A DNA stretch of 64,000 nt from an uncultured Alphaproteobacteria bacterium. Its GTDB lineage: Bacteria; Pseudomonadota; Alphaproteobacteria; Sphingomonadales; Sphingomonadaceae. The stretch's first letter is position 1, and each line of letters begins with the position of its first letter. The stretch lies in contig CAVZHE010000001.1 in NCBI GenBank assembly GCA_963774985.1, positions 94,808-158,807 on the forward strand, read 5' to 3'. Of the stretch, positions 1 to 11,139 are shown piece after piece. The position numbers and the translations under genes were made by a program. The notes under the pieces are model-generated. The model ran no database searches and was not told the origin of the DNA. It saw only the letters and a program-made list of their open reading frames with translations.

Positions 1-862
1 AGAACGAGTGGACGAGTTACGAAACTTTGTTCGATCTGGGCGATAACACGCGGATTTTCGGCGCTTATACGCAGGCCGGGATCGAGTGGCGGGGGATTTC
101 CGGCCATATCGGCGCGCGGTTTACCGATCATGCCGATTTCGGCAGCGATATCAGTTTCGGCGCGGATATCAGCTACGAGGTGGCGCGGAACTGGCGGCTG
201 CGGCGAGCATTGGCGAGGGGTTCAAGGCGCCGAGCCTGTTCCAGCTGCTGTCCGATTTCGGCAATGCCTCGCTCACTCCCGAACGGGCAACCAGCTTCGA
301 TCTGGGCCTTGCCTATGGAGATCGCAGCGAGGCACTTTACGGCGCGGTGACGCTGTTCCGCCGCGATACTTCGGACCAAATCGCCTTCGTCTCCTGCTTC
401 GGGGTGATCGGCGGCATTTGCACAGATCGCCCGTTCGGCACCTACGACAACATCGCCCGCACCCGCGCGCAAGGAGTTGAGGCGGAGTTCCGCGCGCGGG
501 TGGCGGAGACGGTGGTGTTCGGCGCGGCCTATGCCTTCACCGATACCGAGAACCGCGCCACCGGCAACAGCCTCGCCCGCCGCCCGCGCCAGGCTGCGAC
601 GCTGACGGGCGAATGGCAGGCGCTGCCCACGCTGACGCTGGGTGCAGATGTGCGGATCGTCTCTTCCAGCTTCGACGATGCAGGCAATTTCGTGCGGCTG
701 GATGGCTACGAAGTGCTCACCCTGCGCGCGGCATACGATGTATCGGACAAGGTGCAGCTGTTCGGCCGGGTCGAGAACGTCTGGGACGAGCAATACCAGA
801 CCGCCGCCGGTTACGGCACGCGCGGGCGTGCAGCCTTCGTCGGGGCGCGGCTGGCCCTATGA
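1..862 (+). CDS. TonB-dependent outer-membrane receptor, C-terminal part (BtuB-like); gene begins upstream of window; apparent frameshift near 190-215
   Basis: Two overlapping frames (27..350 and 86..862) both give TonB-receptor beta-barrel sequence; C-terminal barrel motifs (GYEVLTLRAAYDVSDKVQLFGRVENVWDEQYQT...) end in a hydrophobic C-terminus; directly followed by a BtuFCD-like importer. Confidence 0.8.
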
Positions 863-883
863 TCCTCTCCATTGCGCAGCGAT

Positions 884-917
884 GGGGAGGGGGACCATCC
901 GCAGGATGGTGGAGGGG
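884..917. repeat. Short GC-rich palindromic element (family A: GGGGAGGGGGACCAYCCGCAGGRTGGTGGAGGGG)
   Basis: Near-perfect palindrome between receptor stop and binding-protein start; same core recurs at 10493-10545, 33003-33060, 33098-33137. Confidence 0.55.
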
Positions 918-918
918 C

Positions 919-1821
919 ATGGCGCTCCTGCCGCTGCTGGTGCTGGGCGGATGCGCGCAGGCGCTCCCCCTTCCGCCACTGCCGGAGCAGCCCACTATCG
1001 TCAGCCTCAACCCCTGCGCCGATGCGATCCTTGCCGAGATCGCCGCGCCGGGGCAGGTGCTGGCACTGTCGCACTACAGCCACGATCCACGGGCCAGTTC
1101 GCTGCCGCAGGACGTGGCGCAGCGCTATGCGATTACCGGCGGGACGGCGGAGGAAGTGCTGGCGCTGGCACCGGATGTGGTGGTCGCGGATACCTTCCTC
1201 GCCCCTTCCACCAAGCAGGCGCTGGAGGATGCGGGGATTCGCGTCGAGCAGATCGGGATTACCGCCTCGTTGGAGGATAGCCTCGCGCAGATCCGCCAGC
1301 TTGGCGAGGTGAGCGGGCAGGCCGCGCAGGCGGAGGCACTGGCGGAGGAGATTGCCGCCGCCTGGGACGCCGCGCGCGTGGCCGGGCCGCAGGTCGATAC
1401 TCTCCTTTGGCAGTCGGGAGGAATCGTGCCGGGCGAGGGCTCGCTGGCTTTCGCGCTGCTCGAACAGACCGGTTTCGCCAGCCACTCGGCGGCGCGCGGG
1501 CTGGGGCAGGGGGCTTACCTACCGCTGGAACAAGTGCTCGCCGATCCGCCGCATCTGGTGATAGCGGCGGGGGATGAGGCGATGCTGCACCATCCGGTGT
1601 TTGCGCAAGTGGCCGGAGTGCAGCACGCTACGCTCGATCCGGCGCTGCTCTATTGCGGCGGGCCGACAATTCCGCGTGCGCTGGCAAGGTTGGGGGAGAT
1701 TCGGCGGTCCTTCACTTCTCCCCTCCCGCTGGCGGGAGGGGTCGGGGGTGGGCCTGTACCGGCATCGCTCGCTTCGCTCGCTCCCACCCCCAACCCCTCC
1801 CGCCAGCGGGAGGGGAGTTAA
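919..1821 (+). CDS. ABC transporter periplasmic substrate-binding protein, BtuF/FhuD-like (cobalamin or iron-siderophore); last ~33 codons read into a palindromic repeat
   Basis: Lipoprotein-like signal MALLPLLVLGGCAQ, PBP type 8 fold wording (VVADTFLAPSTKQALEDAGIRV); gene order receptor-SBP-FecCD permease-ATPase; C-terminal tail TSPLPLAGGVGGGPVPASLASLAPTPNPSRQREGS is encoded by the repeat. Confidence 0.7.
   Translation: MALLPLLVLGGCAQALPLPPLPEQPTIVSLNPCADAILAEIAAPGQVLALSHYSHDPRASSLPQDVAQRYAITGGTAEEVLALAPDVVVADTFLAPSTKQALEDAGIRVEQIGITASLEDSLAQIRQLGEVSGQAAQAEALAEEIAAAWDAARVAGPQVDTLLWQSGGIVPGEGSLAFALLEQTGFASHSAARGLGQGAYLPLEQVLADPPHLVIAAGDEAMLHHPVFAQVAGVQHATLDPALLYCGGPTIPRALARLGEIRRSFTSPLPLAGGVGGGPVPASLASLAPTPNPSRQREGS
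1712..1816. repeat. GC-rich palindromic element (family B: CCCGC..GCGGGAGGGGYCGGGGGTGGG ... CCCACCCCCRACCCCTCCC..GCGGGAG)
   Basis: Inverted-repeat arms visible directly; supplies the 3' end and stop codon of the upstream ORF; related copies at 7454-7562, 10590-10670, 48215-48330, 59618-59725. Confidence 0.6.
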
Positions 1822-2793
1822 GTGATCCGCCCAATTCCCCTCTTCACCGCGCTCCTCGCGCTGGCGATTCCGCTCTCGCTGCTCGCAGGCCGGGTCTGGC
1901 TCGATCTCTCGGGCGAAACCGCCAACACCGCGCTGATCCTCGCCGAATTGCGCCTCCCCCGCGCACTCCTCGCCATGATCCTCGGAGCAGGCCTCGGCGC
2001 AGCGGGCGCGGCAATGCAGGGATACTTGCGCAATCCGCTCGCCGATCCGGGGCTGTTCGGCATAGCCCCCAGCGCCGCGCTGGGAGCCGTACTAGCAATA
2101 CATCTCGGCATGGCGGGCACGCTGCTGCTGCCCGGCTTCGCGCTGGCGGGCGCGGGCGGGGCGATGGCGCTGCTGGGACTGATCGCCGGGCGCACCGCCA
2201 GCCCCGCGCACGGCGTGGCGCTGTTCACGCTGGCGGGGATGATGATCGCCAGCTTGGCGGGCGCGGTGATGAGCCTCGCCATCAGCCTGGCCCCCAACGC
2301 CTTTGCGATGAGCAGCATCGTCACCTGGCTGATGGGCGCGCTGACCGATCGCAGCTGGGACGATGTCTGGCTCGCCGCGCCGCTCACACTGGCGGGCATT
2401 CTGGTGCTGTGGCGCGCTGGCCGCGCGCTCGATGCGCTGACTTTGGGCGAGGCGGCGGCGCGCTCACTCGGTGTCGATCCGCGGCGGCTGATGGGCATGA
2501 TGGTGCTCGGCACCGGGCTGACCGTGGGCACCGGGGTGGCGGTGGCGGGGATCATCGGCTTTGTCGGGCTGATCGTGCCGCATCTGGTGCGCCCGCTGAC
2601 CGACAAGCGCCCGTCGAGCCTGATCGTGCCCAGCGCGCTGGCAGGGGCGCTGCTGGTGCTGGTGGCCGACGTGGTCTGCCGCATTCTGCCGCTGGTGACC
2701 GAACTGCGGCTGGGCATCGCGCTCAGCCTGATCGGCGCGCCGTTCTTCCTGTGGCTGCTGCTGCGGATGCGTGCTTCGGCAGGCTCAGCATGA
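1822..2793 (+). CDS. FecCD-family ABC permease (BtuC-like)
   Basis: Hydrophobic 323 aa protein with typical FecCD permease wording (LGAGLGAAGAAMQGYLRNPLADPGLFGI...). Confidence 0.85.
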   Translation: MIRPIPLFTALLALAIPLSLLAGRVWLDLSGETANTALILAELRLPRALLAMILGAGLGAAGAAMQGYLRNPLADPGLFGIAPSAALGAVLAIHLGMAGTLLLPGFALAGAGGAMALLGLIAGRTASPAHGVALFTLAGMMIASLAGAVMSLAISLAPNAFAMSSIVTWLMGALTDRSWDDVWLAAPLTLAGILVLWRAGRALDALTLGEAAARSLGVDPRRLMGMMVLGTGLTVGTGVAVAGIIGFVGLIVPHLVRPLTDKRPSSLIVPSALAGALLVLVADVVCRILPLVTELRLGIALSLIGAPFFLWLLLRMRASAGSA

Positions 2794-2806
2794 GCGGGGG
2801 TCTGGC

Positions 2807-3545
2807 ATGATCCTCGCCTGCGAAAACCTGTCGGTGCTGCGCGGCGGCAAGCGGGTGCTCGACTTCCGTCAGCGCCAGCCTGATGCCCGGTGACATAACC
2901 GCCATTTGTGGCCCTAACGGAGCGGGCAAATCGACCTTGCTTGCGGCGCTGGCCAATCTCGTCCCGCCCGAAACAGGCATGGTGACGCTGAGCGACAAGC
3001 CGCTCCCCTTGATGCATCCGCTCACCCGCGCGCGCAACATCGGCTATTTGCCGCAAGCGGCGGAAATCGCGTGGGACGTATCGGTCGCCAATCTGGTTGC
3101 GCTGGGCCGCCTGCCGCACCGCGACACGGGCGAGGGGGAGATTACGCAGGCTCTCCACGCTTGCGATCTGGAGAGCTTTCGTGATCGTCCCACCTCCACC
3201 TTGAGCGGCGGCGAGAAGGCCCGCGCTTTGCTGGCGCGGGTGCTGGCAGGAACGCCGCAATGGCTACTCGCCGACGAACCGCTCGCGGCGCTTGATATCG
3301 CGCATCAGTTGGCGATGCTGCGGGTGCTGCGCGATGAGGCGGAGTCCGGCTGCGGGGTGGTGCTGGTGCTGCACGATCTGGCGTTAGCGATGAACCATGC
3401 GGATCGGGTGCTGGTGCTCGACGGCGGGCGGATGGTGGCTGATGGGACGCCGGATGAGGCACTGTCCGAAGAGGTCATCGCGCGCGTCTGGGGCGTCCGG
3501 GCGCGCTGGATCGGCGAAGCGGGTGCGCGGGCGCTGGTTTACTGA
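2807..3545 (+). CDS. ABC transporter ATP-binding protein (BtuD/FecE-like); one apparent frameshift near 2864-2870
   Basis: Walker A GPNGAGKST, signature LSGGE, Walker B LLADEP, H-loop; N-terminal 28 codons (MILACENLSVLRGGKRVLD) are in a different frame from the rest. Confidence 0.85.
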
Positions 3546-3687
3546 TCCGCCGCAGGCGACAAAAAAGGCGGTTCTCGCAGAGGACGCAGAGGTAAATGAG
3601 AGCGCAGAGAGAAAGCTCTCGCAACGTCTCTGCGACCTCTTCTCACTCTGCGTTCTCTGCGAGAACCAATCCTATTTGCCTGCGGCG

Positions 3688-5860
3688 CTAAGTCTCCCCC
3701 TCAGCCAGCAGCCCCCGCGCCCGCAGCAAAGGCTCGACACGCGGATCGCGCCCCGTGAAGTCGCGGAACATCTGTTCGTAGGTCTTCGAATGGCCCTGGC
3801 CGAGGAAGGTGCCGACAATCCGGTCCCCCATCGCCCGCGTCATGCCGCCGTTCGCCTCGACATAGCTGTAGGCATCGTGGTGCAGCATTTCGGTCCAGGT
3901 GTAGGCGTAATAGCCCGCATCATAGCCATGCTCGAAGATGTGCCGGAAGTACGGCGTGCGGTAGCGCGGCGGGACGAGGTCGGAGCGCAGCCCGATCCGT
4001 TCCAGCGCGGCTTCCTCGAAGGCCATCACGTCGGTCGGCGCGGGTTCGCTGGGATCGAGCGAGTGCCATTCCATATCCAGCAGCGAGGCCGCCAGCACTT
4101 CGCCAAAGCCGTGGCCCTGGTTGAACTGACCCGCGCGGTTGATCGCCTCGACCATTTCCATCGGGATCACTTCGCCGGTTTCGTGATGCCGCGCATAGCG
4201 TTGCAAAACCTCGGGCAGCGCGGCGAAATTCTCGTGGAACTGGCTGGGGAATTCCACCCAGTCGCGCGCGGTGTTGGTGCCCGAGAGCGAGGGATACTGC
4301 TGATCGGCAAAAATGCCGTGCAGCGCGTGGCCGAATTCGTGGAACATCGTTTCCACATCGTCCCAGGTCGCCAGCGCGGGTTCACCCGGAGCGGGCGGAG
4401 CGACGTTCTGGGTGTTGGTGACCACCGGGCGCAGGCCGAGCAGGTGGCTCTGCTCGATGAAATTGCTCATCCACGCCCCGCCGCGCTTGCTCTCGCGCTG
4501 CATCGGATCGAAGTAGAACAGCGCGATCGGTTCGCCATCGTGGAACACGGTGTAGACGCTCACATCGGGGTGATAGGTGGGAATGTCGCTGCGCTGTTCG
4601 AAGGTCAGCCCGTAGAGCTGCCCGGCCATGTAGAACACGCCGTCTTCCAGCACCCGCTCGACCTCGAAATACTGCCTGATCTCTTCGTTGTTCAGCGCGT
4701 AGCGTTCCTGCCGCACGATCTCGGCGTAATAGGGCCAGTCCCACGCGGCGAGGGTGAACTCATTGCCGTCCTGCTCGGCGCGCGCCTGCAGCACGGCGGC
4801 CTCGCGTTCCTGCGTGGCGCGGAGCGCGGGGACCATGTCGGCCATGAAGCCGATGGCCTGCGCCGGATCGGACACCATGCGGTCGTACATCTGCCAGTTG
4901 GCGTGGGTCGGTTCGCCGAACAGCTCCGCGCGGCGATTGCGCAACACGATCACCTCGCGGACTTGCGGCAGGGTGGAATTCTCACCGGTCTGGTTGCGAT
5001 CCACGCTGGCGCGATACAGCCGTTCGCGCACGCCGCGATTGCTCAGCTGCGCCAGTTGCGGCACCCCGGTGGTATTGCTGACGGTGAGCATGAACTTGCC
5101 CGGATGGCCGTTTTCAGTGGCCAGCGCGGCGGCGGCAGCGATCTGCCCGTCGGACAGGCCCGCCAGCTCCTCGCGCGTGTCCACCACGATCGAGGCCGCG
5201 TTCTGCCCCTGCGTGATCGAGCTGCGAGATCTGCGAGGATAGCGAGGACAGCCGCTCGTTGATCCCGCGCAGTTCGGCCTGCGAGGCTTCGGGAAGCTGC
5301 GCGCCCGAATGGACGAAATCGGCGTAGGTCAATTCCAGCAGCATCGCGTCTTCTGCCGTCATCGTCATCGCGGCGCGGTTGTCGTAGATCGCCTTGACCC
5401 GCGCGAACAGGGCGGGATTGAGGTAAATGCTATCGTTCTTGGCCGCGATCTGCGGGGCCAGAGCCTCGTCCGTGGCGGCAATCGTATCGTTGATGTTGGC
5501 CGAAACGATCTGGCTGAAGGCACCATAGGCGCGCGCGAAAACCTGGCCCGAACGCTCCATCGCTACCAGCGTGTTCTCGAAAGTCGGGGCTTCGGGGTTC
5601 TCGGCAATCGCCTCGATCTCCGCCATTTCGATGGCAATCGCTTCCTCGATGATGCCCTGCCACTGCGCGTCGGTCACCTGATCGAACTGCGGGGCGTGCA
5701 TGTATAGCGGGGATTGTTCGGCGAAAATGCTGGTCGCCTGCGGAATCACGGGGTTGTAGGCGGCGGGCTGGGCGATGGATGCCACTTGGGTCTCCGGAGT
5801 GGTGGTGCAGGCGGATGCCAGAGCGGCGATCATGGTGGTGGCGAGCAGGCGCGATTTCAT
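3688..5860 (-). CDS. dcp: M3-family peptidyl-dipeptidase (Dcp-like) with signal peptide; apparent frameshift near 5190-5230
   Basis: HEFGHALHG zinc motif, M3 peptidase C-terminal region; N-terminal portion with signal peptide (MKSRLLATTMIAALASAC) in adjacent frame. Confidence 0.8.
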
Positions 5861-5982
5861 GGTGGGCGACCTCTTCCTTGGTTGTCAAAATGCTGCGGCA
5901 CTATGCCCGGTTGAGCTTGGTTGCCGGTGAAACGATGGCTCTACTCCTAGCAGGCGAAGCTGCCAAGGCGCTGAACGAGTTG

Positions 5983-6540
5983 TTACAGCACTTCGTCGAT
6001 TGGCGCGCCGTGGGGATAGTCCAGCAGCCGCGAATAGATCGCGCCGTTGGCCGTAAGATCGCTTTCCCAGAGCGAAAAGCCAGCCACCGTCCACGGCCCT
6101 GCAGCCAGATCGCCATTCGCCGCGAGCCAGTCCCCGATCGGCCCGCTTCCCGAATTGAGCCGCGCGATGGTGACGTGGGGCACGAATCTTGCGCGTTTCG
6201 CTGGCAAGCCAGCGCGGCGGCAGGCCATTTCCACGCTGTGCTGCAAGTCTTCGAGCGCCGGGGAGGGCGCGACCCCCGCCCACACCGCCTTGCCGTGCCC
6301 CTTGCGCTCAAAATGCCCGACCCCGCTGATGGCGAGTGGAAAGGGACGGAACGGCACGCTTTCCAGCGCGGTAGCAATGTCCGCGAACAGGTGCCGATCC
6401 ACCTCACCAATAAAGCGCAAAGTCAGATGCAGATCATCCGCCTCCTGCCACCGCGCACCGATTATGCCCTCCTGCGTATCGAGCAGGGCATCGCGGATCG
6501 CGGCGGGGAGGGGGAGGGCGATGAAGAGGCGGTGGGTCAT
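5983..6540 (-). CDS. thpR: RNA 2',3'-cyclic phosphodiesterase (2H family, ThpR/LigT)
   Basis: Two H-x-T-x motifs (HLTLRFIG, HVTIARL) at 2H-phosphoesterase spacing. Confidence 0.7.
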   Translation of the reverse strand: MTHRLFIALPLPAAIRDALLDTQEGIIGARWQEADDLHLTLRFIGEVDRHLFADIATALESVPFRPFPLAISGVGHFERKGHGKAVWAGVAPSPALEDLQHSVEMACRRAGLPAKRARFVPHVTIARLNSGSGPIGDWLAANGDLAAGPWTVAGFSLWESDLTANGAIYSRLLDYPHGAPIDEVL

Positions 6541-6612
6541 CACATGCCGCCATGCCACGCTGCTACAACGGGGCAAAGGTCGAGAATTAACATTGCAATG
6601 CTTGACCATTGC

Positions 6613-6627
6613 GAACATTTGAGGAAC
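6613..6627. promoter_or_regulatory. Putative alphaproteobacterial LexA box (GAAC-N7-GAAC) upstream of uvrA
   Basis: GAACATTTGAGGAAC about 85 bp upstream of the uvrA start; matches the GTTC-N7-GTTC SOS-box consensus. Confidence 0.5.
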
Positions 6628-6709
6628 ATAAAGCAACCTCTATCGCTGCTCGGCACGGGATTTCGGTCATGCTGGACTCTTGCTGTGTCAGCCCCCACTT
6701 GGACCGCCT

Positions 6710-9700
6710 ATGGCTCTCACCCACATCACCGTCAAAGGCGCCCGCGAGCATAATCTCAAGGGCATCGATATCGAATTGCCGCGCGATTCGCTGATCGTCA
6801 TCACCGGGCTTCAGCGGCAGCGGCAAGTCGTCGCCTCGCCTTCGATACCATCTATGCCGAGGGGCAGCGGCGCTATGTCGAGAGCCTCAGCGCCTATGCG
6901 CGGCAGTTCCTCGAAATGATGCAGAAGCCCGATGTCGAGCATATCGACGGGCTGAGCCCCGCGATCTAGCATCGAGCAGAAGACCACCAGCCGCAATCCG
7001 CGCTCCACCGTGGCCACCGTCACCGAGATCTACGATTACATGCGGCTGCTGTGGGCGCGCGTCGGCGTGCCGTACTCGCCCGCCACCGGCCTGCCGATTG
7101 AGGCGCAGACCGTCTCCCAGATGGTCGACCGGGTGATGGCGCTGCCCGAGGGCACGCGGCTATTCCTGCTCGCCCCGGCGGTGCGCGGGCGCAAGGGGGA
7201 ATACCGGCGCGAACTGGCCGAATGGCAGAAGGCGGGCTTCACCCGCGTGCGCATCGACGGCGAGATGTACGAGATCGACGACGCGCCCGCGCTCGACAAG
7301 AAGTTCAAGCACGATATCGAAGTGGTGGTGGACCGGATGGCGGTGAAGCCGGGGCTGGAAACGCGGCTGGCCGAGAGTTTCGAGCAGGCGCTGAAGCTGG
7401 CCGAGGGGCTGGCCTATGTCGATCTGGCGGATGGGGTGGTGGCGGAGCTGAAAAGCCCCTCCCCTTCAGGGGAGGGGTTGGGGTGGGGTCTGTCCTCCGA
7501 GGGCACTGCCAGCTCAAGCCGGACAGGCCCCACCCCCGGCCCCTCCCCTGAAGGGGAGGGGAGAAAGGGATGAAAGGCGCCGGCATGCCCGCCAACCGCA
7601 TCGTCTTCTCCGAGAAATTCGCCTGCCCGGTCTCCGGCTTCACCATCGAGGCAATGGAACCGCGCCTGTTCTCCTTCAACGCCCCGCAAGGCGCCTGCCC
7701 GACCTGCGACGGGCTGGGCGAGAAGATGCTGTTCGATCCGCAGCTGGTGGTGCCCAACGAGGAACTGACGCTGAAGAAGGGCGCGGTGGTGCCCTGGGCG
7801 AAGAGCAACCCGCCGTCGCCCTATTACATGCAGGTGCTGGCCAGCCTGGCCAAGGCATACGGCTTCGATCTCGAAACCCCGTGGAAGGAGCTGCGCGGGG
7901 GAAGTACCGCAGCTGATCATCCTCTATGGCACCGAAGCGGCAAGAACGTGGCGCTGACTTTCAAGGACGGGCGCAAGGAATATACCGTCGAAAAGGCGTT
8001 CGAAGGGGTGATCGGCAACCTCAACCGCCGCCTGCTGCAAACCGAAAGCGCGTGGATGCGCGAGGAACTGAGCCGCTACCAGACCGCGCAGCCCTGCGAG
8101 ACTTGCGGCGGCGCGCGGCTGAACGAGAAGGCGCGGTGCGTGAAGATTGCCTGGCGGGACCGATATCAGCCAGCCGGTGCGCTTCTCGGTGTCCGACGCG
8201 CTGGCCTGGTTCACCGCGCTGCCCGACAGCCTGACCGATACCCAGAACCAGATCGCCCGCGCCATCCTGAAGGAGATCGTCGAGCGGCTGGGGTTCCTCA
8301 ACAATGTCGGGCTCGATTACCTCAATCTCGATCGCACCAGCGGCACGCTGAGCGGCGGGGAGAGCCAGCGCATCCGCCTCGCCAGCCAGATCGGCTGCGG
8401 GCTGTCAGCGGCGTGCTCTACGTGCTCGACGAACCCAGCATCGGCCTGCACCAGCGCGATAACGACCTGCTGCTGGAAACGCTCAAACGGCTGCGCGACC
8501 TCGGCAATACGGTGATCGTGGTCGAGCATGACGAGGACGCCATCCGCGCCGCCGATCACATCGTCGATCTCGGCGCCGGGCGCGGGCGTGCACGGCGGCG
8601 AGGTGGTGGCGCAGGGGACGCTGAAAGCAGATCCTCAAGGCCAAGCGCAGCCTCACCGCCGATTACCTCACCGGCCGCCGCGAAATCGCCATCCCGGCCA
8701 AGCGCCGCAAGGGCAACGGCAAGAAGCTGACCGTCCACGGCGCGCGGGCGAACAATCTGCGCAATGTCACCGCCAGCATCCCGCTCGGCACCTTCACCTG
8801 CGTCACCGGCGTAGCGGCAGCGGCAAGTCCAGCTTCACCATCGATACGCTGTACGCCGCCGCCGCGCGGCACCTGAACGGCGCGCGGGTGATCGCCGGCG
8901 CGCACGACAAGGTGACCGGGCTGGAACATTGCGACAAGGTGATCGAGATCGACCAGTCGCCCATCGGCCGCACCCCGCGCTCCAACCCGGCCACCTACAC
9001 CGGCGCCTTCACCCAGATCCGCGACTGGTTCGCCGGCCTGCCCGAAAGCGTGGCGCGCGGGTACAAGCCGGGGCGCTTCAGCTTCAACGTCAAGGGCGGG
9101 CGCTGCGAGGCGTGCCAGCGGCGACGGGCTGATCAAGATCGAAATGCACTTCCTGCCCGATGTCTACGTCACCTGCGAGGAATGCCACGGCAGGCGTTAC
9201 AACCGCGAGACGCTGGAGGTGAAGTTCAAGGGCTTACTCCATCGCCGACGTGCTCGACATGACGATCGAGGATGCCGAGGTCTTCTTCAAGGCGGTGCCC
9301 CCGATCCGCGACAAAATGCACATGCTCAACGAAGTCGGGCTGGGCTACGTCAAGGTCGGCCAGCAGGCGACCACGCTTTCGGGCGGCGAGGCGCAGCGGG
9401 TGAAACTGGCGAAGGAACTGGCCCGCCGCTCCACCGGGCAGACGCTCTATATCCTCGACGAACCGACCACCGGCCTGCATTTCGAAGACGTCCGCAAACT
9501 GCTCGAAGTGCTGCACCGGCTGGTGGAGCAGGGCAATTCGGTGGTGGTGATCGAACACAATCTCGACGTGATCAAGACCGCCGACTGGCTGCTCGACCTC
9601 GGCCCGGAAGGCGGGGTGCGCGGGGGCGAGGTGGTGGCCGAAGGCACGCCGGAAAAGGTCGCGGCGACGGCGGGGAGCTATACCGGTGCCTACCTTGCGC

Positions 9701-9765
9701 CGATGCTGGCCAAAAGCGCCGAGCGCGCGAAGGCTGGTAAGGGCGCGAAAGTGGCGGCGGAGTGA
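6710..9765 (+). CDS. uvrA: Excinuclease ABC subunit A (UvrA); reading frame broken at least 5 times; contains a palindromic repeat at 7454-7562
   Basis: [33 protein letters not shown] start, [24 protein letters not shown], zinc-finger CPTCDGLG, second ABC module ([15 protein letters not shown]...[12 protein letters not shown]) all present but spread over several frames. Confidence 0.9.
7454..7562. repeat. GC-rich palindromic element (family B) inside the uvrA coding region
   Basis: AGCCCCTCCCCTTCAGGGGAGGGGTTGGGGTGGGG ... CCCCACCCCCGGCCCCTCCCCTGAAGGGGAGGGG; translated in frame as [13 protein letters not shown]...[11 protein letters not shown] between conserved UvrA segments. Confidence 0.6.
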
Positions 9766-10316
9766 GCGCCTACCGCCCCGAGTTCGAGGCGGCACTGCGA
9801 TTGCTGGCGCGGATCAGTCGCGCGATGGACGATGCCGGGTATCGCCCGCCGGTGCTTGTTGGCGGTGCTGCGGTAGAAATCTACACGCGCGGTGCCATCA
9901 CTACCGGCGATTTCGACCTGGCTTGCGGGCGGCAGGACATTCTGGAAGCGGAGATGCAGCGTGAAGGTTTCGTTCGGCCATCAGGGCCGGGCATGGCCAC
10001 GCGCGGCTGGATTCATCCCGAACTCAGGCTCGGTTTCGAGTGCGTTGCCGATACCCTTCTTGATGGCATGGCCGATCGCGAAATGGTGCAATTGTTCGAT
10101 CTGGACAAGGATGGCGGAATCGCCGTCATTGCCCCGGAAGACATCATTGCCGATCGGATGGGGCAATATGCATCGGGCAGCGCGCCAGAGATGCTGGGGC
10201 AGGCCCGCGCGCTGTTCAGCCTTTGTGAAGGGCTTGATCTGCATTATATGGCGCGCAGGATAGCGGAAGAAACGAGCGGCGATTATGGCCTTCAAGACCT
10301 TCAAGACGAAGCGTGA
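9762..10316 (+). CDS. Hypothetical nucleotidyltransferase-fold protein (AbiEii/DUF1814-like motif), GTG start overlapping uvrA stop
   Basis: [21 protein letters not shown] fits the Pol-beta-type NTase hG[GS]...DxD signature; start overlaps uvrA TGA by 4 nt. Confidence 0.4.
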   Translation: MSAYRPEFEAALRLLARISRAMDDAGYRPPVLVGGAAVEIYTRGAITTGDFDLACGRQDILEAEMQREGFVRPSGPGMATRGWIHPELRLGFECVADTLLDGMADREMVQLFDLDKDGGIAVIAPEDIIADRMGQYASGSAPEMLGQARALFSLCEGLDLHYMARRIAEETSGDYGLQDLQDEA

Positions 10317-10467
10317 GCCGATTGCGCTGGAAGCGTTCAGCCGCCAGATCGCCGCGCGCAAGGCGGAGCTTGGGCTGCCCGATCCTCCGCGCAACGCCGG
10401 CCAGAACCGCACCCCCAGCAAGCGCGCGCTGCTGAAGGCTATCGAGGACCTCGGCGGCAAGTGGTGA
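10285..10467 (+). CDS. Small basic hypothetical ORF (60 aa); may instead be the frameshifted C-terminus of the preceding NTase-fold ORF
   Basis: Overlaps the end of 9762..10316 by 32 nt in another frame; no recognisable domain. Confidence 0.2.
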   Translation: MAFKTFKTKREPIALEAFSRQIAARKAELGLPDPPRNAGQNRTPSKRALLKAIEDLGGKW

Positions 10468-10477
10468 CCACTAAATC

Positions 10478-10670
10478 CTCCCCGAGCTTGCTCGGGGAGG
10501 GGGACCACCGGGACGTAGTCGACCGAAGGTCAACGTGGTGGAGGGGCAGGTGGACTGGAGCGGGATGGCATCCGATTGTGCCCCTTTACTCCCCTCCCTT
10601 GGGGGTGGGGGGTCCACACTCGCGAGGGCAGTACACCCCCACCCAGCCTCCCCCTCAAGGGGGAGGAGCA
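10478..10670. repeat. Composite of palindromic elements (family A copy followed by a family B-like copy)
   Basis: CCTCCCCGAGCTTGCTCGGGGAGGGGGACCAC...GTGGTGGAGGGG then CCCCTTTACTCCCCTCCCTTGGGGGTGGGGGG...CCCCCACCCAGCCTCCCCCTCAAGGGGGAGG. Confidence 0.55.
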
Positions 10671-11139
10671 ATGTGAGCCGACCAAACCCCATCCCGCTCT
10701 GATCACAGCCCCCCGAAACGCTCAATCCGCGCCCTCTTGTTTCACGCAGAGACGCGGAGACGCGGAGAGCCTCTGCGCCCAGACCGCCCTATCCGCTGCC
10801 GCAACTGGCGGCGGAGAACGCCCCGGTGCTGCGCGAACCCCGCATGGCCTCGCGCTGCGCCGATCCGGAGGGCTTCCTGCTGATCGAACGCGGCCGACTG
10901 GTCGGCATCGCGCGCGAGCGGATTGCCGATGCGATACTGGAAGCGCAGGCTTAGTCGCGAAAAATGTTGCGGATGCGGGATGGCCGATTGATTTGCATGG
11001 AGCTGCGGAATGAAATTGTTGAAATTCCACGTCGCGGGCTTGCTCTATCGAGCTTAAACCCTGCTAGATCACTTCATGACCACGCATACAGAACTGGGAC
11101 TCGAACTTCTGCAACGGGCATGGTCTGAATCCGGAAGAG

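Noticed and set aside
1653-5262. Long ORFs 1653..2810(+), 1818..3260(-), 3397..5262(+), plus similar ones at 19064..20755(+), 42657..44570(-), 55570..56874(+), 56072..57481(-)
   Set aside because: These are antisense or alternate-frame ORFs overlapping well-supported genes (btuC, dcp, cfa, cckA, kefB-like). Their Arg/Ala/Gly-rich composition is typical of high-GC artefacts.
11085-11110. GGGACTCGAAC resembling a tRNA T-arm
   Set aside because: There is no matching acceptor stem, D-arm or anticodon arm nearby. No tRNA, rRNA or CRISPR-like arrays were recognised anywhere in the window.
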